This document shows positions 52,801 to 63,100 of a stretch of 64,000 nucleotides of DNA, piece by piece. This DNA is from an uncultured Oscillospiraceae bacterium. Its GTDB lineage: Bacteria > Bacillota > Clostridia > Oscillospirales > Oscillospiraceae. The notes beneath the pieces were generated by a model. The model saw only the letters and a list, made by a program, of their open reading frames with translations. It did no database searches and had not been told where the DNA came from. Within the stretch, counting starts at the first letter, position 1. Every line of letters starts with the position of its first letter. The stretch spans positions 93,667 through 157,666 of the forward strand of contig CANRDC010000001.1 in assembly GCA_947629245.1 (NCBI GenBank). The letters run 5' to 3'. The position numbers and the translations under genes were made by a program.

Positions 52801-55575
52801 AGTTGCACCAATCAGGACGACATGCTGCCACTCACTTTTATAAGTGACTTTATAATTCTTAACACTCAGACCAACACGAGAGCTTATTTCTACAATGACA
52901 ATACAGACGCTAATAAATCCATTGCGCTTGTAGGTAATGAAGTGGTGACTGGCGACAGCCAGCTTGGCGTTGTGTTCAGAAGCGGTGAAGGTGAGTCAGC
53001 AGACATCTACTATCACATTAATGCAATTAGACTGCTTGTCGACTCGAAGCAGGAAGCCTCTATACTCGGTGGAGTATGTCCGTTGCCACTTGCTGACGTT
53101 GTCGTTACTGAGAACCTTAAAGAGGTTGTAGTCGATAATGGCTCGGGGACTAATACTATAACAGTACCAGGCCTGTGGGTCCTTATGAGTAAGGACGATG
53201 AGACTACATCTAAGTCGCTCCCAACTGACTCGGTGTACTTCAGTAGCCCAGCGTTTTATAATATGCGATGGGGTGAATTCATTGGACTATCTCAGTCCAA
53301 TAGAATGGCGAATGCAGTCGCCAGGCAGTACACCTATGAATATAACGGCGCGACACAGGCAGTCTACATGGTTCTTATGTTTGAACCGCTGTCCGTGCAG
53401 GCTATGGGTTCTGAAACTGTTACAAGTGAGATGTCTATGGAGGACCTGCTTGACGGCATAACTCAGCCACCTGCAGATAGTGTAGCAAAGCAAATTTGGA
53501 CTACGAATAAAGAGCGGGCAAACGCCTTCGCTAACTGGATTTACCAGACCACTGGTGTGAATTATGTTAACACTGGCTACCTGGAGCCACACGCATACAT
53601 CTACAGCACTGATGGTCAGGCGAGTAGCCATGTCCCAGCATCTTTCTGGTCAGCACTTGATGCAGTCGCAGGGCTTCGCGGTAATGTCACCGAGGTTCAG
53701 CTGATGAATGTGAGTGATGGTGCTCTTGCTCCTCCGGGTTCTGGTAAGCCAACTATCTCTAATACGAGTTATATCAGTAGTCCGCAGCATAAGGCGAATT
53801 ACCTGCTATCAGCAGACTACAAAGTAGCCGTTGTAGGAAACCGTGTTTATGTGAATGTTGGCTGCTTCCCGAATATAGAGCAAGGCGGCAGCGATTCTAA
53901 CTTCAGATATCGTACCAGTGGCGTTGGACGAAATCTCGCTACATTTACTGTTGGCAGTGTAATCAAGTTAGATAAGATTAAAGGCATCGTGTTCGACGGG
54001 GTCAAGGTTCCAAAGCTTACTGTTACTAAAACAGCAAGTGATGGAACTATTACGTGCCAGTTTGGCCCTATTGTAGGGCCGTCGTTCAAGGTTGGCAGCT
54101 CAACTGTTGTGCTTCGTGAAAATGTAGTTGATGGCGAAAAGACATTGACTCTTAACGATGCTCAATCAGGAGCCATAAATCGTATCAGATACATCTATGA
54201 ACAGGTGTTTAGAGACTCACTTGGTATACCCTGGGAAAACTTCTCTGTTGCTGAAAACCCGGCTCTTGATGTTGATACGACACGCACCCTTGTAAACACC
54301 GGTGCCAAGACGTGGGTAATGAACGGGAATGGAAATAGTAAGACTGGCGAAGTAGACACACTAAAGTACGATGGCGAGAGCGCCATCGAGACAGAGCTAA
54401 ATGCCTGGGTGAGCGCTAATAGTGGTAAGCTGTCACGTGAGGCAGCTAGCAATACTGAGACTTTTCTTACTGTAAAGTTTAGTGCCCTCGAATACCGTGT
54501 GGAGAATGGAACATTGATTAAGGGTCCCTCTCGTGTGAGTGATTTTGTGTCGCCTGAACTTTTCACTTCGCTTAACGACTTGATTATCGATAAGATGATA
54601 AGTGAAGATACTGGCGCCATCCCTCTCGAAGAGGTTCCGGACGGTTCGCTTGTCTTGATGGGTAGCGACTACTATGCCGCATCTGGTGGTTCAGCAGCTG
54701 ATAAAAAGTTTATCGGTTACTCGGCGCTTAACGGTACTGGGACTATCGAGCAATCGTATGCGACAGAGCAGGACGCGGCGAAATCCTTTGCGTCACATTT
54801 CATTTATGTTGGCAATCAGCCAATGAACATTACGCACTTCTTTACCGAGTTCTGGGTCATTACGTCGTTTACGGAAGAGCAGAAAACTGCGCTCCAGATA
54901 TGCGCCGATAATTTACAGTCTGGGCTGTATAGCCGTAAAGCTCTTGGACGCTTGCCAGGTAGTGTTACGACTACGATAGTTGATAAGGGGTATGGCGCAG
55001 ACACTCGTTTCTATGCACCAGTGCAGATTAAAGTACAGCCTGGGACACTTCTTGCTTATGAGACTTCGTCTCCGAATGACGCTGTTAAGAAGTATGAAAT
55101 TATTCCTACTGCTGATAGCGCCATGAGTGGCGCGCTTGATAATCTACCATTCTTCAATGACAGCGTGCTTAGTGGAACTGCTCGAAGCGTCACCACTGAC
55201 GTTATTCAGGGTGGGTTCAAGAAGTATGAGGGTGCGAAGTCCATTCTCGAAGACGTGGAAACTGAGTACGAGTATGGGTTCGCCAGCGATTTGTTCACCC
55301 TTGCACGCATGTTAGTCTTCATCGTTTTGGTATGGTTGGTGTGTGCAAGCTGGCTGTGCTTCGGTTGTTATTATGGTGGACTTATGCCGGTGCTTGAGTC
55401 CATCAGATACCCCACTAATAATAGAGAGGGAAAGGGCATCGATTTGTTCAAAATAGTCTCTCTCGGCTCCATTTCGATGGAGACTGATTTTAAGGTGGGG
55501 CGTTTCATTCAGTACAATCTCGTTCTTGCTGTACTGCTCGTGGTGGTTTGGCTGAGCGGGAACATCACATTCTAA
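49816..55575 (+). CDS. Giant secreted/envelope protein (1919 aa): signal peptide, Gly-rich low-complexity region, SLH-like motifs, two C-terminal TM helices
   Basis: Signal peptide MRKRFKGIIVRVSAFMLVLVMTMTEALA. Gly-rich run GGAGGSGGAG...GGDGGDGGDS. SLH-like IIEYLIAKGIINYD...VHWCDLISMLYRLA and SVTRTDLIMHLYKAV. C-terminal TM helices LVFIVLVWLVCASWLCFGCYYGG and LVLAVLLVVVWLSG. Confidence 0.65.
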   Translation: MRKRFKGIIVRVSAFMLVLVMTMTEALAVNKEVKVFGAKSINDMGGSDHRVTMDELYDDYSDFVQVDTLREYFHKDQPSPAKADLGTELSWLIDNNIISRDSVIIVSNVGDNTIPEVNIEKMDISQINVQSVTRTDLIMHLYKAVFGPINARSIGVETANVRVDDGEYITLEDLMKKSGFSEGVSTPVVPPYDITTEGASGGAGGSGGAGAVSGQGGEGGEGGKTSTGGNMTQQANNDSSNWRYQPQGDLWESIFGDTNIFISQNEFTQTQTGGTGGNGGGGGNGGEGGDADKGGDGGDGGDASGGGIDDDGNTIEGTPGGDGGDGGDSLGGGGGGGGSGGTGGQAVTGPNQIDYETDYKQIYFIPGADILFYNTNDVPEPYIREALAKGLLTGDKELRTEEFNKTFIDFYSNDNTIRASWEGSVPAYVVNRSINKLKTYANVDNVAMQFVLGSCWNVSYSNGTMTIERLNPFEAKSGYFSSEYVTKMEMYRYIYEFLYANEKVLSDLERDIVNYKYGTQLEGIVNGEDAEIIEYLIAKGIINYDISTEFMNLGNPVHWCDLISMLYRLANKNARYDFSVIQLTDSEAAWKARGFGPRTLTAVPSSSTGTIRLADENAPDFNGDNVLISEEVGESFEAVATSKVDDGYNFVNFGDPTDNTIATASTSDMYSYRYTFTTTGLALTLNDATSTLSSVLNREVDYNAIGLAGQPQTAAGRYVAVMLYDMFTNKSGYTKKNGYNSTDAYQADVLDWPTTCTGDDPAGRILADVLCNMWVIGTWQKNPQDRSRNEVAHILTDVMAYMKEKEEKHKANPDNPLYPARTAEENLAYNALISLDQRYHESYKEDSGPQNISFVFLNKGAADGATKFQKLTTPGAYSQSFGDCFNGLAGCTYNIKVDGVTKNYVAQFASLPSVNTQRVVNGDPLILEIAGNCQLNVVTATEDNDLAKAVKAAGNSSGSLGAFDAASMTVGITTQVSNSGSEGFVSRSQIEQYNTSCTNQDDMLPLTFISDFIILNTQTNTRAYFYNDNTDANKSIALVGNEVVTGDSQLGVVFRSGEGESADIYYHINAIRLLVDSKQEASILGGVCPLPLADVVVTENLKEVVVDNGSGTNTITVPGLWVLMSKDDETTSKSLPTDSVYFSSPAFYNMRWGEFIGLSQSNRMANAVARQYTYEYNGATQAVYMVLMFEPLSVQAMGSETVTSEMSMEDLLDGITQPPADSVAKQIWTTNKERANAFANWIYQTTGVNYVNTGYLEPHAYIYSTDGQASSHVPASFWSALDAVAGLRGNVTEVQLMNVSDGALAPPGSGKPTISNTSYISSPQHKANYLLSADYKVAVVGNRVYVNVGCFPNIEQGGSDSNFRYRTSGVGRNLATFTVGSVIKLDKIKGIVFDGVKVPKLTVTKTASDGTITCQFGPIVGPSFKVGSSTVVLRENVVDGEKTLTLNDAQSGAINRIRYIYEQVFRDSLGIPWENFSVAENPALDVDTTRTLVNTGAKTWVMNGNGNSKTGEVDTLKYDGESAIETELNAWVSANSGKLSREAASNTETFLTVKFSALEYRVENGTLIKGPSRVSDFVSPELFTSLNDLIIDKMISEDTGAIPLEEVPDGSLVLMGSDYYAASGGSAADKKFIGYSALNGTGTIEQSYATEQDAAKSFASHFIYVGNQPMNITHFFTEFWVITSFTEEQKTALQICADNLQSGLYSRKALGRLPGSVTTTIVDKGYGADTRFYAPVQIKVQPGTLLAYETSSPNDAVKKYEIIPTADSAMSGALDNLPFFNDSVLSGTARSVTTDVIQGGFKKYEGAKSILEDVETEYEYGFASDLFTLARMLVFIVLVWLVCASWLCFGCYYGGLMPVLESIRYPTNNREGKGIDLFKIVSLGSISMETDFKVGRFIQYNLVLAVLLVVVWLSGNITF
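50401..50850 (+). repeat. Coding low-complexity GGN-rich region (Gly/Asp/Glu/Ser repeats)
   Basis: Reiterated GGCGGTGAC, GGCGAAGGC and GGTGGC units read directly. Encodes GGxGG repeats. Confidence 0.7.
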
Positions 55576-55590
55576 AGGAGGAAACTCACA

Positions 55591-56721
55591 ATGACTTCTA
55601 CTGCAAAGTCTAAGTCGAGAGTATCTGCCTGGCTTCCTGGGTTTATCACGGTTCTTGCCGTGATTGTTATCGCAGGTGCCGCCACGTTTGCGAGCGTTGG
55701 TGCAAGGGCCGATAACTTCACCGACATCTTCTATACGAACAGCTTCCGCGGCGCCTTCAGCTGGATTGCAAAGCTGAACTGGGTCGGCACTATTGTGCAG
55801 GCTGTTATCTCAATCTTCTCCCTGCTCGGCGTCGCCTTGCTGACTATTCGTATTATGACCTCACTCCTCTACCTTTCCGCTAAGGGGATGTGGGAGGAAG
55901 TGCATGACCTTAAGAGCCAGGGCTCCCAGCAGGAGAAAGACTTCCTCGGACTGATGGGCATGGCTAAGACCTGGGCCTCCGGCTCTAAGGGTACTGGTCT
56001 TGATGCCATTATTGTCGCCGTGCTTATGCTCCTTCCCGATGTTAAGAGCTACTCTGACTTCAGTGATAAGGCTGGCGATAAATTCTCCAATGATATTTCT
56101 GCGTCGCAGTATATCTTGAAGATTGCTCTACCTACTGTTATGACGGTGTTCTTCTTCGCCATGGGTTTCAACGGTACCTTGTTCCAGGCTCTCGCTATTA
56201 CGGTCGATGCTCTCGGCACTGTGGCTGATAAGGTTATCTCTATTAACTACTCTGGCATCATTGAGGACCTTGTTAACACTGGTACTGGTTATAAGTTCGT
56301 CTACGATATCGACGGCACTGAACTTGGACAGTTGAAACAGTCAATTGCCGTTGATGTCTATGGTCAGGTCATTCGCCAGATTAAAGATGCTGATGCAAAT
56401 CAGCTCTATGATATGGGTCAGAAGGTCCAGACCTTCGTTGACCAGATAGACTACAGTACGCTAAGGGATGCAGCCGGTACATCTGCGCAGATGAAGACCA
56501 ATCTCGACGGTGAGGACCAAGATGAATTTGTTCAGTACTTCGGATATGAAGTTGTTGTATCTGGAACTGATATGGGTGATAAGGCTACCCTCAGCTGGGC
56601 GATGTCTGAGTTCATGCCAGAGACAGGTGTCGGAGCAGTTAACACGGATAGAACATTCTATCTTGGTGTTACACTCAAACAGAATAAGGAGTACAACGGT
56701 GGCTTTGTAAGCCGCCGGTGA
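55591..56721 (+). CDS. Polytopic membrane protein (376 aa) with a soluble C-terminal domain
   Basis: AAGGAGG RBS. At least four hydrophobic helices (FITVLAVIVIAGAATFA, VGTIVQAVISIFSLLGVALLTI, LDAIIVAVLMLL, LPTVMTVFFFAMGF). Confidence 0.6.
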   Translation: MTSTAKSKSRVSAWLPGFITVLAVIVIAGAATFASVGARADNFTDIFYTNSFRGAFSWIAKLNWVGTIVQAVISIFSLLGVALLTIRIMTSLLYLSAKGMWEEVHDLKSQGSQQEKDFLGLMGMAKTWASGSKGTGLDAIIVAVLMLLPDVKSYSDFSDKAGDKFSNDISASQYILKIALPTVMTVFFFAMGFNGTLFQALAITVDALGTVADKVISINYSGIIEDLVNTGTGYKFVYDIDGTELGQLKQSIAVDVYGQVIRQIKDADANQLYDMGQKVQTFVDQIDYSTLRDAAGTSAQMKTNLDGEDQDEFVQYFGYEVVVSGTDMGDKATLSWAMSEFMPETGVGAVNTDRTFYLGVTLKQNKEYNGGFVSRR

Positions 56722-56741
56722 AACTCAGAGTAATAATGTTG

Positions 56742-56780
56742 GCCGGTGTAGGTGTGAAAGCCTACACCGGCTTTTCTTTT
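56742..56780 (+). terminator. Rho-independent terminator
   Basis: GCCGGTGTAGG-tgtgaaag-CCTACACCGGC followed by TTTTCTTTT. Confidence 0.8.
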
Positions 56781-56870
56781 GTGGTGCAAGACTTCTGCTA
56801 ATGATACTTTAGCTAACATCATTGGTGGAAGTGTTGAACTTCAACACATTAAAGAAAGGAGCCAACTGTG

Positions 56871-57128
56871 ATGAAACAGAAACTAATTTATATCGTTGGC
56901 ATTATCTTAGTGGCTGCTATTGTCATTTATTCGCCATTTGAGAGAAAAAACTCAGAAATAGGCGACATACTCAACGACTGGGGTGAACATCAGCAGGAAA
57001 TGTCTGATAAGTTCACTGACCAAGTAGTATCAGGTGCAGAGGGCTCCTGGGTCGGCGAGCATCAAGTCGACGGCTCTAACTGGAGTATTCCTAATATTCT
57101 TCGTCATATCCTGGGGGTAGACAGATGA
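56871..57128 (+). CDS. Small single-pass membrane protein (85 aa)
   Basis: AAGGAG RBS. TM helix LIYIVGIILVAAIVIY. ATGA overlap with the next gene. Confidence 0.5.
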   Translation: MKQKLIYIVGIILVAAIVIYSPFERKNSEIGDILNDWGEHQQEMSDKFTDQVVSGAEGSWVGEHQVDGSNWSIPNILRHILGVDR

Positions 57129-60100
57129 AACAGATTTTCAAAAGAGTGACATGCATTTGCCTCGTCGCTTTAATGCTCTCAACATTGGCCGTTAATGCCT
57201 TCGCAGCGTCGACGCTGTGGAAGTGGGATAAGCAGGGTAAGAATGTAACTGGTTCAGGTATCCAGACAATGTTTATGCACGGTAACTGGATTGATGTGAC
57301 AACCGCAGGCAAGCAGACTGTCGACTATGCTAAATACGCTGATGTTCTATTGGGACAGATGAACTCATTTAAGGCGACAATAGACTCTTCAACAGATGAA
57401 GAACAACTGGTGACGGCGTATCTGAAGTATCTAGTTGCTTTATGCTGGTTAGACTTTAATATACTTTCGCCGCTCGACGGAGCTAATGCAAGTTCAGGTG
57501 AAGATGCTACGGGCAATTATTTTCTAAGTGCATCGGGTAACTCACTACCAGAGAGTGGTGTTCCAATCGCAACCTACAAAGATGTAAATGATACTATGGC
57601 TACGGCTATTCAGCAGTATAATGAGATATGTAATACTTTGAAGGGGAAGAAATGGTCTGACACTACTGACTATATGGCCGGAACTTATAGTCTTAAGGAG
57701 TACTTCAGCAAAGACAACACAATCGAGGTGGAGAACTGGACTACAGATGAAGTCACAGGTGAGGCCTACTATGATACAACCCCTCGTCGTACAGCATACA
57801 TTAGGGCGAATAACCTTCTTAATGCTTATGTGCGTAATGGTTCAGCAGTAGCTCTCGCTAAAACTATTCCGCTTGGGGACCAGACTGAGGCCGGACTTGC
57901 TGCTCTACTTGGTGGTGCATTAACTCCGAGTAATGTTCTTGATTGGCTGGAAGAGGATTTAAAGAGTAAAGCGAAGGAGAACGGCGAAAAACCAACCTCT
58001 GATGTGATTACCAACTCAGACTCGTATATAGTTGGCGATATGCCAATCTTCGACATGGCGATGAACAACTACTGGACCAATCTTTCGGACATAATAAAGG
58101 AAATTCATGGGTCTGATACTGCGTCACAGACCAATTATGAAGTAGGTGATATTGGGGATAAACACTTTGAATATGTAGATAGTGAGACAAATGGAACGCT
58201 TACGTGGAACGAGTGGAATGCCAATCAGTATATTAGCTTGGAAGTGCCAGTGTCTGGGGAGAGCCCTGGCTTGTATGGCACTATACAGGGACCAAGCTAT
58301 GATGGTCATAAAGATGGTGACACGTGGGCTGTTACAACTGCAATGAAAAATGCTGCTAAGGCTATACACGAGGCTGACGAGAAAGATGGCGTTACTAATC
58401 GTGTGCATAATATATACATCATGTTTGGTAACTCTCAGTTTTTTAGATATTTTAATGATACTGGTGAAGGTACCTTATTTAATGGTATTGGTAATACCGA
58501 ATTTTCAGTTAGTGAGGCAAATGAAAAATACCTCGAGAACATAGAAAGTTATGCCAGGCATTTGTTTTCAGCAATAAGTTCAATTATAGACGAGTTTGAG
58601 GGTGAGAATTGCCGTATCTATGTGTGCTCTTTGTTGCCCGGTATAACAGACGAGACAGAGTACACTGTTGGAATAAATAAAATAAAGGTAAGTGGTAAGC
58701 GTACTATATCAATTACTGTAGACTCAAGTGATACGGAAGACTTTACGAAAACGCACGCAGAGGCTGTTGCAGATTTAAATGCGGAGCTCGAAGAGCTGAT
58801 AGGTTATGCATCTGGCTGGGCTAATGTGACATGGTTTCCAATGGATAAGCTTGTTGTTACTAATGGTCAACAGAAACAGGAAGTGAGTTCTCCGCTGGTT
58901 GCAGGAAGTAGTAATGAGCTTAATACAACCTTACTAAATCCGTTACGGGAGATAGGGAGTGAGGGTGTCTACACTGCAATAAATGACCTCCCGTTTAATA
59001 ATTCGGCAAGCCACTGGTATGATAACTACGTACATTCATTGTCCCTTAATAAGTCTGGTACTGATGCTATCATTGAGATGCTCGGTATAAATAAGAAGAT
59101 AGACTGGGACCTCAATGGTAGTATGAATGGGTTTAACAACAGTGACTTGCAAGACTTATATAATGCGAGCAAGGATAAACTTTTACCAAGATTACGTGCG
59201 TATTCCAATGTCAGGACATACTACGAGCAACTGTTTATGAATGGTTATGCATCAGTTAAAAACAGTGACGGACAGGAATGGCGAGCGTATCAGTTCTACG
59301 ACCCTGAGATGTATAATCTTTTCAACATGGGTGACCTTGTCAACTCGCTCTATGATATAACCTTCGGGCAACACAGTGATATGGCCAATGGTAGCCTTCT
59401 ATCGAGTGGCGCGAATGACTTTACTTCAAATCTGCCGCAAGACCTTAATAAGAGTGTGCTTGAGATAATAGCCAACGCCAAGCTTGATAAGGGTGATATC
59501 GTGTGGGACGAGGGCGAGCACTCTATGACGGAGCTCGGATATATATTCCTCTGCGCTGGGGTGTGCTATGACCCGTTCAACTCAACTGCTGGTAATGAGA
59601 CATATCTTAACCTGGTACTTGATAGGTTTAGCGGACAGAATGGTAGTGAAGAACAGAACGAAAAAGTAAAGGCGTTACTACAGGAGGCAATTCAAAAGAA
59701 GAAGCCACTCTATGTAACAGAAGGTTCTAAGAGTTCGTGGACTAACGAAGAAGATTTATTTGAGATACCAGTTGCTAACTATCGTATTGCTTTCTTGTCT
59801 GATGTATTTCAGGAGAAGTCGTCTACCGTGAAAGCGTATGCAGTGGTATCCGGTGAGATGAACCCCTCAGCAGTTGACTCCTCGACTTGGGAGTATAAAA
59901 GCGGCGGAGCTGAGGCCAGTACTACTGGCTCTGCTACAGGGACGACAGACACAACAGGGGCTACTGCGGACACTCCTACTATTCAGAACAACAGTTCCTC
60001 CGCAGCACAGGGCTCTAATGTGGTTGCTGGTACTCAGTTGACTGCGGCCGGGGCAGAAATGTCACGTCCAGTGCTCTTAACAGCTGGTGCGAAGGAAGGC

Positions 60101-63100
60101 TGGATGAAGGGAAACTGGGGCGCCATGCAGGAGGGCTATGCCGCAAACGTTGGTGGTTTGACTGAAATCATTTTGCATAACGCCAGGCAGGACGCAAAGA
60201 ATAATAAACACCTTCAATCTGCGGATAGTGAGATGCTCTTCCTAAATGGACTTGGAGATATCATCCTTTCAGACAATACTATTGTGCTTCCGGCCATAGC
60301 GAACCCTATAATCTATGAGTATAGTGGCATCCAATATGATACTTATAACTCTGCCATACGCTTTTACACTCCAGAGACTGATTATCAGTCAGTCTCTGTA
60401 CTCGGTGGTAGTGGCAGCGGAAACCCCATCGTACAGGGGCCAAACGATAGCTTGTTCACAGCTGAAGATGAGGCATCTAAGATTTATGATGACACTAAAG
60501 GGTACTACCCATACTCAGCGGCGTTCATGAACCACTATCCATCTGCCATTATAAATATGGAAGGCGACTTGGCTCTGTCAAATAAGAACGACGAAGGTAA
60601 GTATGTCATCACGATTAATACTCGTGGGGCTGTACTCGCCAGGCGTATTCAGTCTGTTAGTAATCGCTCCGTTGCCACACTATACTATCGGGGTGGAGGT
60701 GTGACTGTCCCTAACATTCAGGCGTTGTCATTCTGTGTTGCGGATAACATCGATTACCTTGGTAACGTTATACCCTTCCGTAGTGGTTCCGATAAGGGTG
60801 ACAATTGGACGAACGCAGCTGAGTCTACGATGTACATGACGAAGGACACTCCGTTCAATAGTAACGAACAGCCATTCTTTCCACTCATTGAGCCAGATGC
60901 CGAGCAGATGGAGGATTTCATCATGCTCGCTTCGCCACTTATGACATCGGCTTACCGCTTCTTGACTGGTCGTACAGTTGAGACTGCGAATAAGGCGAGA
61001 GATACATTCAACATGGAGCACTATGTTGAGATGTGTGGCGAAGGGCTCCTCGGAACTCAGTATGCGGACACACTCATTAAGAACTATAAGGTCTCCTACG
61101 ATGATATGGTAGACGACACGCAGGGGCGCTTTACTCGTTGGCTTACTCAGCTGACTACTTCCACTGTCGATACCATCGGGAAAATTGACGGTGTACTCGC
61201 CATTAAGAACGGTTACGAGAATACCTTCTTCAATCTGATTGTGCAATTCATTCAGGAGTTCTACCTGCTGATTGTGATTGTACTTTTAATCATCGTCGCC
61301 ATTAAGTTTTTGCGTGGACACTACAACCTAATCTATGTGTGCTTCATCGGACTTCTCTGCTTGTGTGGCTTCGAGGTCTATGCTAACTGGATGCCAACTA
61401 TTGTGCCTGGTGCGTATAACTTCGCGGTCAACGATGCAGTGGAGCAAATCGCCTGGAATACTGTTGCATATAACGCCGAGTCTTACACTGAAACCTATAA
61501 AGACTCGGATAGAAAAGATGCAACAACTGGCGCGCTGAAGCCGTACACTGCGACCATCACACTGTATAAGATGTCGCAGGACGACATGGAGACTGTGGCC
61601 GCCAGGATTGGCACCACCTATGAAAGTATCAAGAAAGGCGAGGTTTACTACCTTGATGAAGCCGCCGGCGTCTTTGTGCAAGGCGATTGCATTAAGATGT
61701 CGGTGGATAAGTTGCTCGTTAACAACTCTATCAGGGGAATGTATTATAGCCAGTGGAAAGCGCAAGGAACCAACATCACTGGCTCGTCTGAGTTCATTCA
61801 GCCAGCAGTAGCGACGTACACTGACAACCCGTATCTGCTCGAGCTGGAGGAACCCTACGTCTCACTTGAGGCGTATTACATTCCTTTCAATGAGTTCGAG
61901 AGAGCGTTCCTCGCTAACTTGAATACTTTCACACAGTTCTTCCGCCTTGAGCGAAATCAGTTTTCCTACGACCGCGGACTCTATAAAGACGCCTTCGTGT
62001 TTAACTGTTTCACTAACTCAGGTATCTTTACGGCACCTGGGGACAGGCGTGTCTTGCTCCAGAACCTTGCTGTTGGAACGCTTGATACAAGCCGAATTCA
62101 GGACACTGACATGTTCCTTGATGAAATTGAGGAATACTTCATGCCTGAGGCTGACTGGCTAAATCTCGACATGGTGTTCGAGCATCCGTCAGTTAATATG
62201 CAGGACTCTCTATGGGGTAAGACATTGCAGGATAGAGGCTGGTACGACGCTGACTGGAACATCACGGTCAACGGACGTAAGGAGCTTGGTGAACTAATCG
62301 GCTATATCAATAATATGACGAAGCAGTTCATCATTGATAACCTTGACCAGTTGAACTTCTGCTCGGATGAAAATGCTATAAAGTTGACCACGCTTTATGC
62401 GACGACATGCTTTACGCATTATGTGTCTGAGTTCGGAAACTGGCTCTATCCTAACTATCTCAACGCGGCAGACATGGAATTGAAGGACGTTATGTACGGT
62501 TCCATGACTACGCTGAGGGATAGGAACTTCGCCTATGATGGAACTGTTGTAAACACAGTCGCCTTGAACCTTGGGTTCTTCGGCGTCTTGTTCATCTTCT
62601 TCATCACCATCTTTGCGACAGTCTTTGTGTTCGTCATGACCTATCTCGTTCCTATCCTGTACGCCATGTTTGGCGCCATCATTGTTCTCAAGCTTGTTCT
62701 TAGTAAAGACGGGTTTGGTATGGTACAGGGGTATATTAAGGTGACATTAGTCACCGCGATACTCTACTTCATCTTCTCACTATCGCTGAGACTGGTTGAG
62801 GTTGGTGGCTACGCCTGGTATGGATACCTCGGCTGTGCACTCATTATATTCCTCTGTGATTACATGATGTTCTGGGTGTGTCTCTCTGTCGTGCAGAACG
62901 CCGGTGAGATGGGTAACGATGTGCTTGGTCGTAACCTACTTCATGGACTGGATAAGCTGACGCATGGCGCCGTGTCCAAGCTTGGCGTCGACAGAATGTT
63001 TGCTAACAGACAGTCGGCGAAATATGGGAACGGTGGCGCCATGCCTGTGCCATATCAGTATGGGCGGCACTATAATGTCGACCACTATGACCCCAGCCGT

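Noticed and set aside
55591-55720. The N-terminus KSKSRVSAWLPG|FITVLAVIVIAG, considered as a type IV prepilin (class III) signal.
   Set aside because: It has no Glu at +5, and the protein has at least three further TM helices plus a large soluble domain. It is a polytopic membrane protein, not a pilin.
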